Shown here: positions 1-7,362 of the stretch, piece by piece
Numbering within the stretch: position 1 is the stretch's first letter
Layout of the letters: each line of letters begins with the position of its first letter
Source of the DNA: Deltaproteobacteria bacterium TL4
Lineage (GTDB): Bacteria; SAR324; NAC60-12
NCBI GenBank assembly: GCA_051382335.1
Contig: JBBCAX010000074.1
Coordinates: 1-12,417, forward strand
Length of the DNA stretch: 12,417 nucleotides
Reading direction: 5' to 3'
Made by a program: the position numbers and the translations under genes
The notes under the pieces: model-generated
Seen by the model: the letters and a program-made list of their open reading frames with translations, nothing else
What the model was told of the DNA's origin: nothing
Database searches by the model: none

Positions 1-121
1 CGAGATTTGAAAAAGCCTGAAGCGGAAACGGAACGTAGCCGGAGAAACGGAGGGGAAATCAACGAAGAGAAGTCCCAAAGGCAGGCAAAATGATACAACC
101 GAGTCTATTTGATACGGAGCC
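1..121. mobile_element. Possible end of an insertion sequence abutting the group II intron remnant
   Basis: 108-121 TTTGATACGGAGCC (reverse complement GGCTCCGTATCAAA) matches the IS26 terminal repeat GGCACTGTTGCAAA at 10/14 positions and sits where RT similarity begins. The frame-1 ORF ends with TGA at 91-93. No transposase motif is visible. Confidence 0.3.
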
Positions 122-130
122 AAGAGGTCG

Positions 131-546
131 GTTGAAAAGACCAAGCTGCTGCAATTCGACAAAGATGCCAGGACTCACTTTGAGTTTCTGGGATTTGAAT
201 TCCGCTGGGGGTTGAACCGTTGGGGAAACCCTGTTCTAAAGCGGCGCACTGCCCTGAATAAGTACCGAGCGTCGCTTGCCAATTTCACACAGTGGTGTCA
301 AGACCATTGTCGCTTACCAAAAGCTGAATTGTTCGCGAAACTCAACCAAAAGCTGCGCGGGTACTGGAACTATTACGGTCTCAGGGGTAACTATGAGAGT
401 CTCAGTGATTATTTTTATCAGCTCACGCGGATTTTGCTCAAAAGGCTAACCGGCTCAGTCAACGTCAGAGTTATACGTGGACAAGCTTTAGTGAATTGCT
501 CAAAGACTTTCACATGCTCAGACCACGCATCTGTCATCCTTTCTGA
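131..546 (+). pseudogene. Group II intron reverse transcriptase/maturase, C-terminal fragment, frameshifted
   Basis: Frame of 134 reads EKTKLLQF..FEFLGFEFRW..KLNQKLRGYWNYYG (RT7 and domain X motifs). A 1-nt deletion near 449 shifts the frame; from 451 it reads RLSQRQSYTWTSFSELLKDFHMLRPRICHPF* (TGA 544-546). In-frame stop at 110-112 upstream; no YADD in the window. Confidence 0.88.
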
Positions 547-583
547 GCAAGGTGCAGCAGGGTGCGAAGCGAACAATTTTGAA

Positions 584-656
584 GAGCCTGGTGCGGGAAT
601 TCCGCACGCCAGGATCTGTGAGGAGGCCGTCGGGTAACTGGCTGTCCTACCTCGAT
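584..656 (+). ncRNA. Group II intron catalytic domain V and domain VI
   Basis: DV 584-616: GAGCCTGGT-GCGG-GAATT-CCGC-AC-GCCAGGATC with AGC triad and AC bulge. DVI 620-653: GAGG..GTAA loop..CCT-A-CCTC with bulged A649; ends GAT at 656. Confidence 0.92.
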
Positions 657-670
657 GGGGGGGGGGAGAC

Positions 671-2350
671 CTATAAATTGATGGATTCGACCCAGACCTG
701 TTTGCCATCAACGACGATGCCAATCCCAAGGGCTTTGTTCACACCGGCATTCCTCAGTTCGACGGCATATTCTTTTTCACGGATTTGTGTCAAAGCACTT
801 TGCATTGTTTCCTGATGATCTTTTTCATCGTCATAGTCGATTTTTTTGAATTCCAAAACAAATCCGGTTTGGAAGCGATTTTTGGGAAACAGAAGCACAT
901 CATAACGTCCATAACCAGATTCCCGATTTGATTTTACCTGATGCGTATTGCTGAGGTGGGTCAACATTCCCAGAACAAAAGCGTGATACACCCGTTCCGG
1001 CTCTTTGCCTGCGGTATCATGAAAACTGAGTGTTGAGACAATGATATCCCGTAACTGCTTGCCAAAGGTTCTGATGTCTTCCTGAACCAGAGAGTGCAGC
1101 AGATCCTGGATGGCATTACTGCCTACCTGTTGGGAGATCCAATTGTGGATGGTGTCTTCATAAAAGGAACGTACTTCCAGATTGGGAATGGCCAATTCAT
1201 ACATCCAGTGAGTTCCTTCCATCCACGATTTTATGGGTTTCAGATAACCGCTGAACACCAAAAAATTCCAAATCGTGCGGTGGTTCTGAGCAATATCCCT
1301 CAGCGCGATGTTGTCATCAAGAGGGCAAAGCACGGTTCCTCCCGCAAGCAGTGTTTCCACATCCTGCTGCAACGAACTGTCAGAACGGGTGATGAGATCC
1401 CGAATCAATTCATTAGCACTGGTATTGACCCAATGAGCACGGAATTCCCGATCCAAACTGTCCAAAAACCCAAGGATGGACCAAGGGTTATAAATGATTT
1501 TTTCGCCAAAACGATAACCATTATACCAGTTTTTTAAGCCTTCACCGTTCTCAATAGAAAAGTTTTTGATAATGGTATTGACTTCGGATTGAGTGAATCC
1601 AAAAAAATCTGAAAATTCCTGACGTATCAGGGAATAAACCCCCAAATTATTCAATCCTGAAAAGATGGACTCCTTGGCAATCCGTAAAATGCCGGTCATC
1701 ACGCCTTTTTCCAGATCCGTATTATCCTTCAGCGCACCGCTCAGCAGATTGCGCATGAACAAAATCACCTCATCATAATAGTCATACTGATATCCCGCAT
1801 GAATCGGTGCGTCATACTCATCCAGTAGTAAAATGACCTGTTTCCCTGTTGCCCTGTGTAGCAGGGAAATTAAGAGACGAAGAGCATTTTCAAGTTGGTG
1901 TGGTGCACTGCGTTGTTCCAGGATAGCATCCCATCCGGATTTTTCATTCCCGGTAAGAACGGGTTCACACAGTTTTTGATGACGTTGGAATTCTTCAAAC
2001 AGCATCAATTGGATTTTCTTGTAACAACTTTCCCAGCTGGATTCCTTCACATCCTTGAAGGTTAGATAGATCACTGGATATTGCCCTTGATACGATAGGA
2101 TTTCCTGATTGTCCGCAATGGCAAGTCCGTCAAACAGATGAAGGTTTGAAGATTCCGTTTTCTCAAAAAAGTAGCGTAGCATCGAAATATTCAGTGTTTT
2201 ACCGAAACGTCGAGGGCGAGGAAGGAGGATCACTTTTGCCCCTGATTCCAGCACATCATGAATCAGCAGACTCTTATCCACATAATAGTAATTGCGTTCA
2301 CGCAATTCCTTGAAATCTGAGATTCCTATGGGGAGTTTTTTCTTTTGCAT
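671..2350 (-). CDS. AAA-ATPase-like domain protein with C-terminal PD-(D/E)XK nuclease (AAA-ATPase_like + DUF1703/PDDEXK_9 type)
   Basis: 559 aa. N-terminal KKLPIGISDF..YYVDKS, Walker A PRPRRFGKT, Walker B ILLLDEYD, C-terminal SNRESGYGRYDV..LEFK. RBS-like GAGG upstream. Confidence 0.92.
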   Translation of the reverse strand: MQKKKLPIGISDFKELRERNYYYVDKSLLIHDVLESGAKVILLPRPRRFGKTLNISMLRYFFEKTESSNLHLFDGLAIADNQEILSYQGQYPVIYLTFKDVKESSWESCYKKIQLMLFEEFQRHQKLCEPVLTGNEKSGWDAILEQRSAPHQLENALRLLISLLHRATGKQVILLLDEYDAPIHAGYQYDYYDEVILFMRNLLSGALKDNTDLEKGVMTGILRIAKESIFSGLNNLGVYSLIRQEFSDFFGFTQSEVNTIIKNFSIENGEGLKNWYNGYRFGEKIIYNPWSILGFLDSLDREFRAHWVNTSANELIRDLITRSDSSLQQDVETLLAGGTVLCPLDDNIALRDIAQNHRTIWNFLVFSGYLKPIKSWMEGTHWMYELAIPNLEVRSFYEDTIHNWISQQVGSNAIQDLLHSLVQEDIRTFGKQLRDIIVSTLSFHDTAGKEPERVYHAFVLGMLTHLSNTHQVKSNRESGYGRYDVLLFPKNRFQTGFVLEFKKIDYDDEKDHQETMQSALTQIREKEYAVELRNAGVNKALGIGIVVDGKQVWVESINL

Positions 2351-2429
2351 CGTGCCTCTGAGGATAATTTAACCTGCTGTTGATGTCTGTCATGGTAACC
2401 TCATCCACGTCATATTTCCAGCAGAAAAA

Positions 2430-2482
2430 GGGATAAAGAGTCCCCTTAATTGGTAGTCCCACACAAAGCGAGGGAACAAGGA
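2430..2482 (-). repeat. Degenerate palindromic intergenic repeat (GTTCCCACGCTCTGCGTGGGAAC-like)
   Basis: Minus strand reads CCTTGTTCCCTCGCTTTGTGTGGGACT...GGGGACTCTTTATCCC; resembles, from memory, a REP-like family. Single copy in the window. Confidence 0.35.
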
Positions 2483-2510
2483 GCAAGTCTTGAGTTTCTC
2501 TAATCATTGG

Positions 2511-2540
2511 GGAATCCCTGGGATAAGACTCAGGGATTCC
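2511..2540 (-). terminator. Hairpin after the last gene of the cluster (terminator or 3' mRNA stabiliser)
   Basis: Perfect 10-bp inverted repeat GGAATCCCTG-N10-CAGGGATTCC, 7 nt past the stop at 2548. No U-tract. Confidence 0.5.
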
Positions 2541-2547
2541 AAGGATC

Positions 2548-2889
2548 TTACTGGAATTGGACTTGTTGAAGAGCTTCCCTTTTCTGAAGGAGCAGCTTGA
2601 TTTCGTGTTGAAGTTCAGAATCGGAAATAGCTTCGACTTGTGAGATAAAGGTTCCCTCTGGAGAGTGTTGTGATTTCCACTCCACCACAAATCCGGGTAC
2701 ACTGATATATGCGATGCCGCTTACACCGCAGCATGCGGTATCTGTGATTCCACACCCCACCAGATAGAATACCTCTCTTCCACGAAAATTCAGTTTTTCT
2801 TCCTTAATCAGCAGATAACGTCCTCCGATTGCGGAGATTTCTTCATTTAAGGGAACATGTTTATAATTCACAACGGTTTCCATACTCAC
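2548..2889 (-). CDS. Small uncharacterised protein with DTACCG motif
   Basis: 113 aa from a GTG overlapping the thiolase stop (GTGA), or 111 aa from the ATG at 2883. Co-oriented with the cluster and followed by a hairpin. Confidence 0.8.
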   Translation of the reverse strand: MSMETVVNYKHVPLNEEISAIGGRYLLIKEEKLNFRGREVFYLVGCGITDTACCGVSGIAYISVPGFVVEWKSQHSPEGTFISQVEAISDSELQHEIKLLLQKREALQQVQFQ

Positions 2890-4094
2890 TGGTTATATTT
2901 TCCGACAATGGAAATGCTGCAAACATTTTGAAAAGGAAAGCCTCCCAAATTATGAGTCAACCCATATTGAGGATTTTCCAGTTGCCGTTCTTCAGCCCGT
3001 CCATGAAGTTGTAAGTACATCTCATAGAGCATTCTGATTCCAGAAGCTCCAATGGGGTGTCCAAAACACTTCAATCCTCCATCCACCTGGCAAGGAACCT
3101 CTCCATCACGGTCATAAACACCATCCATGATATCAAAAACCGCTCTGCCACGTTCAGACAGATGCAAGTCTTCCATGGTCACCAGTTCTGTGATGGAAAA
3201 ACAGTCATGGACTTCCATCATACTGATTTCTTTTCGTGGATTGGTAATGCCCGCTTCTTTATAGGCGATGGAACTGCACTTTGAGGTAGTGATGAAATGG
3301 TCACCATCCCAGTTATTGTATCCCATCTCCTCACCGCTACTCAACGCGAGTTGCAGTGACTTCACGGAGACAAAGTCTTTTTTGCCAAGCTTTTTCGCGA
3401 TTTCCGGTGTGGTTACAATAGCCGCAGCCGCACCGTCACTGACTCCACAACAGTCGAACAAGCCCAAAGGATGCGCGATGATGGGAGATGCAAGCGCCTG
3501 ATCAATGGTGATTTTTTTCCTCAAGTGAGCCTTGGGATTTAACAGCCCATTATCATGACTTTTGACAGAGACATGAGCCATAGCCCTTTTAAGATCCTTA
3601 TCAGAAATCTTGTATTTTGCGGCATACGCGCTTGCGAGTTGCGCAAAAGAACCTGGTGCCGATAGGTTCGGCCACCATTGCCAGGTTAAACTTCCCGCGT
3701 TTGAACCCGCGTTGGGCAGGCCGCCGTAGCCGGTATCTTTCAGTTTTTCAACACCCAGTGCCAAACAAATATCGTAAGCCCCTGAGGCCACTGCGTAGCA
3801 AGCCCCCCGAAACGCTTCGGAGCCGGTAGCACAATAGTTTTCAACCCGTGTCGCGGGAATCATTGGAAGGCGCAACGTTGTGGTCAGGGGCAAGGCGCTC
3901 CGGCCCACATTGATGCTCTCCAGACACGTTCCAAACCACGCCGCGCCAATTTCTTTCTTTGAAATCCCGGCGTCTTCAAGACACTCCTGAAATGCTTCAA
4001 CCATCAATTCTTCAGCACCAGCATCCCAACGTTCTCCAAATTTGGTACATCCCATACCAATGATCGCGACTTTGTCTTTTATTCCTGTAGCCAT
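2886..4094 (-). CDS. Acetyl-CoA acetyltransferase / thiolase, SCP2-thiolase-like
   Basis: 402 aa. KVAIIGMGCTKFG, catalytic ENYCATG, SDGAAA, EVHDCF, GHPIGASG, HNLGG. RBS AGGAG. Confidence 0.95.
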   Translation of the reverse strand: MATGIKDKVAIIGMGCTKFGERWDAGAEELMVEAFQECLEDAGISKKEIGAAWFGTCLESINVGRSALPLTTTLRLPMIPATRVENYCATGSEAFRGACYAVASGAYDICLALGVEKLKDTGYGGLPNAGSNAGSLTWQWWPNLSAPGSFAQLASAYAAKYKISDKDLKRAMAHVSVKSHDNGLLNPKAHLRKKITIDQALASPIIAHPLGLFDCCGVSDGAAAAIVTTPEIAKKLGKKDFVSVKSLQLALSSGEEMGYNNWDGDHFITTSKCSSIAYKEAGITNPRKEISMMEVHDCFSITELVTMEDLHLSERGRAVFDIMDGVYDRDGEVPCQVDGGLKCFGHPIGASGIRMLYEMYLQLHGRAEERQLENPQYGLTHNLGGFPFQNVCSISIVGKYNQ

Positions 4095-4108
4095 GACTGG
4101 TTCTCCTG

Positions 4109-7100
4109 CTATATGTTAAACAATTGATTAATCAGTTGGGACTTCATGATATCCCCTTCAATTTTAAGCTTACCGGTTGTAAACGCTTGCATTGGATCCA
4201 GTTCTCCTTTCAGAAGTTTCAAGAAATCTTCATCCGCGATAATCAAAGTACAGGTAGGAGCGTCCGCAAGTCCTTTTTGGACACTGCATTTTTGGTCCTT
4301 AACGGTGACATTCCAATCGCCTCCGGTGAGACCGGAAACTTTATATTGGAAAACCACATTAACACCATTTGCAGCCTTGGAATTAAAGTGTTCAGGCATT
4401 TGGTTGAAAAGGCTTTCCACCGCGGAACCACTACCAGCACTGCCACCAGCACTTGGAGCGCCTTCAGGTTTTTTAGTGAAAAGCTGTGCGATTAACTGGG
4501 ATTTCATGATATCCCCTTCGATTTTCAACTTACCTGTGGTGAAAGCCTGCATGGGATCCAACTCACCGGCTGTGAGTTTGAGAAAATCCTCATCCCCAAT
4601 TTTCAAGGTACAGGTTGGGCTTTCAGCCAAGCCTTTTGCGACGGTGCATGTTTGGTCTTTGACGGTGACATTCCACTCTCCGCCCGTAGGACCGGAAATA
4701 ATGTACTGAAAGATGACATTGACCCCTGCTGCCGCCGCAGGATCCAGGGTGCTTGCCATCACAGCAAACACACCTTTAACGGTGTAAGCAGCTCCGCCAC
4801 CGGCACTGCTGGCACTTTCTGCTGAAACTTTGGGGCTTGGAGGATTAATCAATTCCATTAACGCCGCCATCGCGTCATTCATTTCTTTTGCGCCTTCCAA
4901 ACTGTTGATCGCTTTCCAATTTTGGTGAATATCTTCAATGGTTGGAGGCTTATCCACGCTACCCAGTTTGATTCCTGGTCCTGTCAAGTAAGCGGCACGG
5001 TTGAAATAACCCATCCCTACATTGGAAATGGTGCCGGATTCCTGACATTCTTTACTGCTGAAATAAAGCACGATGGGAGCGACACACTCCGGTTTGCATT
5101 TTTCAAACAGATCCGGCGGCAATACATCTTCCGTTAAGCGTGAGGCCGCAATGGGAGCGACGGTGTTGACCATCACATTGTTTTTTCCACCTTCGAGCTT
5201 CAAGGTATTCATGAGTCCTACCAGCGCCATTTTTGCGGAGGAATAATTGGTTTGACCAAAGTTCCCATACAAACCCGCACCGGAAGTTGTCATTACAATT
5301 CTGCCATAACCTTGATCTTTCATCAGTTGGAACGCAGGTTGAGTGACGTGATAAGCGCCATTGAGATGGACATCCAACACAGGTTGCCAGTGTTCAGGCT
5401 CCATTTTGAGGAAGGTCTTGTCCCTTAAAATTCCGGCATTGTTGATCAGGATATCAACTCTACCAAACGCGTTCACCGCGGTTTTAACGATATTGGCACC
5501 GCCTTCGGGTGTGGCGACAGAATCATAATTCGCGACAGCTTCTCCGCCCAGGGCTTTGATTTCCTGAACCACTTGATCGGCGGCACTTGAATTTCCATCG
5601 CCAGAGCCGTCACGGGAACCGCCTAAATCATTAACCACAACTTTCGCTCCACGCTTCGCAAGTTCAAGAGCATAGACTTTTCCTAAGCCCGCACCCGCGC
5701 CTGTAATGATAGCAACCTGACCATCGAAGCGAACAGGATCAAGGACTTCAACGACTTTTGCTCCAGGAATCGGCATGGCTGACCAAAAATAGTTGATAAA
5801 ACCACGGGTCTTATCTTCAAACCGGCGTCGGAAAACCATTTTCATCGGAAGTCCAACTTTCAAATCTTCTAACTCGCAGTCCGTAAAGTTGGCAAGCATC
5901 CGGCCTCCGCCTTCAAATTGCACCATCCCGTATTTATGGGGTGGATCCACAGAAACCGTTAGCAAATCCCCTGTGAAGGTTTTGACTGTGGCAGGAACAT
6001 CGGCAAACTCATAATCCTCTTGCTTCTGGACTGTACCGCAGTCGGGATTCACACAAATATCCGCGCTTGGAAACTGAGGTGAATTACACGCTTTACAAAA
6101 ACCTCCGACCAAGCCCATCAGCATTTTATTTTTGCGCCATAAGACGGTCATCGCGGTTTGTGTTTCAGCTTCTGAACGGATTCCCATTTCGGTTTCAACC
6201 AACTCGTTGAACTTCAGGAAGCGTTGATAGTTATCCGTCGTTTTCTTGTGTTTCAGAGATCCGTTGACACCGTTCCTTGACGACAGATTCAGGATGTTAT
6301 CGGTCACTTCAAAATAAAGCGCGTCACAACCTTGTCCAAAACTGGCCATTAATATTTTGTCTCCGGGCTTGGAATCTTCCAACGCTTTGATGAACATCAG
6401 CAGGCTATGAGCCGCACCGGTTTCACCACAAACTTCGTGCATGTTGTCCACAACCTTTTCACCGGTTGCACCCAATTGTTTCGCAATAGCTTTGTGCTCG
6501 CTTTTGAAGAAACAGGGGAAGATCAGCTTATCGACATCATTCATGGTGATGTTCAGTTTATTCATTAAGCCAAGAATGGCCTCAGGAATAATTTTCGAAT
6601 AGCCTTCATCGCGAACCCAGCGCTCTTCCCAGACATAATCGAAGTTATTTTTGGAACCACGATAGTGATCTACAAAGTCGTAAGAAATAGAATAAGAACC
6701 TTTGAATTCCGCGATCACATCGGTATCACCCACCGTTAATGAGGCGGCACCGTCTCCGAACCACATTTCATAAAAATAGGCGGCTCGTGTTTTACGACTA
6801 TCCGCTGCGGTGACTAAAATATTGTGTTTTGCCCCGCCTTTGACAATATCCAACGCTGTAACCAGAGCGGTTGTGCCTGATTTTAAAGACGAAGTATAGT
6901 CGGAGGTGACGATATTGTTGTTCAGGTTTAAGGCCGCCGCGACCATGCCCGCATTTTGACGGTCCGCGAAAGGCAAAGTGGTTGATGCCAGAAACACGGC
7001 ATCCAAAGTACGTTTGTTTTTTCCAATAAGACAATCTCTCGATGCTTCAACCGCCATTGTCATGGAGTCTTCGTCCCAATTACACATAGAACGTTCTCCT

Positions 7101-7210
7101 TGCGCAACCATCATGATTGCGGGAGTGAGCCACCCCATTTGCTTGAAAACCGACATGCGATCCAGCCGCAATCGAGGAATATGCGCTCCATAAGAAGTGA
7201 TACCTACCAT
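4109..7210 (-). CDS. Multidomain fusion: HMG-CoA synthase-like (apparently inactive) + Zn-ribbon/OB-fold DUF35 + MFE-2-type SDR + two SCP2 domains
   Basis: 1033 aa. MVGITSYGAHIPRLRL..EDSMTMAVEA..GDGAAS (HMGS fold, ~7210-6200); CKAC..CVNPDC plus OB fold (~6140-5770); TGAGAGLG, NNAG, YSSAK (SDR, ~5734-4850); two SCP2 repeats each with GELDPMQAFTTGKLKIEGD (~4785-4475, ~4425-4112). RBS GAGGAG. Confidence 0.9.
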   Translation of the reverse strand: MVGITSYGAHIPRLRLDRMSVFKQMGWLTPAIMMVAQGERSMCNWDEDSMTMAVEASRDCLIGKNKRTLDAVFLASTTLPFADRQNAGMVAAALNLNNNIVTSDYTSSLKSGTTALVTALDIVKGGAKHNILVTAADSRKTRAAYFYEMWFGDGAASLTVGDTDVIAEFKGSYSISYDFVDHYRGSKNNFDYVWEERWVRDEGYSKIIPEAILGLMNKLNITMNDVDKLIFPCFFKSEHKAIAKQLGATGEKVVDNMHEVCGETGAAHSLLMFIKALEDSKPGDKILMASFGQGCDALYFEVTDNILNLSSRNGVNGSLKHKKTTDNYQRFLKFNELVETEMGIRSEAETQTAMTVLWRKNKMLMGLVGGFCKACNSPQFPSADICVNPDCGTVQKQEDYEFADVPATVKTFTGDLLTVSVDPPHKYGMVQFEGGGRMLANFTDCELEDLKVGLPMKMVFRRRFEDKTRGFINYFWSAMPIPGAKVVEVLDPVRFDGQVAIITGAGAGLGKVYALELAKRGAKVVVNDLGGSRDGSGDGNSSAADQVVQEIKALGGEAVANYDSVATPEGGANIVKTAVNAFGRVDILINNAGILRDKTFLKMEPEHWQPVLDVHLNGAYHVTQPAFQLMKDQGYGRIVMTTSGAGLYGNFGQTNYSSAKMALVGLMNTLKLEGGKNNVMVNTVAPIAASRLTEDVLPPDLFEKCKPECVAPIVLYFSSKECQESGTISNVGMGYFNRAAYLTGPGIKLGSVDKPPTIEDIHQNWKAINSLEGAKEMNDAMAALMELINPPSPKVSAESASSAGGGAAYTVKGVFAVMASTLDPAAAAGVNVIFQYIISGPTGGEWNVTVKDQTCTVAKGLAESPTCTLKIGDEDFLKLTAGELDPMQAFTTGKLKIEGDIMKSQLIAQLFTKKPEGAPSAGGSAGSGSAVESLFNQMPEHFNSKAANGVNVVFQYKVSGLTGGDWNVTVKDQKCSVQKGLADAPTCTLIIADEDFLKLLKGELDPMQAFTTGKLKIEGDIMKSQLINQLFNI

Positions 7211-7362
7211 ATTGAGTCTCCTCTTGATTTTTGTCTGTAATGTTTCATTGATTGTGTCACCTGCTACAAAGAATGCTTGGAATCACAACAAATTTGAGAT
7301 TAATTTTTTGAGTATTTCCAGGCGTTCCCTCGCGGCAAAGTGCACCCATTTCGTTTAAGCAA

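Larger units (their letters stand above)
122..656 (+). mobile_element. Group II intron, 3' remnant (probably IIB-type)
   Basis: RT domain 7/maturase X fragment followed by domain V, domain VI and a 3' end ...CTACCTCGAT. Confidence 0.9.

Noticed and set aside
90..215. Short ORF MIQPSLFDT.. with a beta-clamp-like QPSLF motif, overlapping a stop (ATGA)
   Set aside because: It runs out of frame into the intron RT after about 11 codons; too little sequence to support a gene.
212..637. 141-aa ORF as an intact gene
   Set aside because: It is a maturase fragment; after ~449 it is out of frame and reads through intron domain V.
418..2702. ORFs 418-729, 552-815, 1094-1537 and 2298-2702
   Set aside because: Shadow frames over the intron, the AAA gene and repeats; no recognisable motifs.
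2886..7210. Mevalonate pathway (thiolase + HMG-CoA synthase + DUF35)
   Set aside because: The HMGS-like domain lacks the catalytic Cys, His and Glu, no HMG-CoA reductase is present, and the context is beta-oxidation-like.
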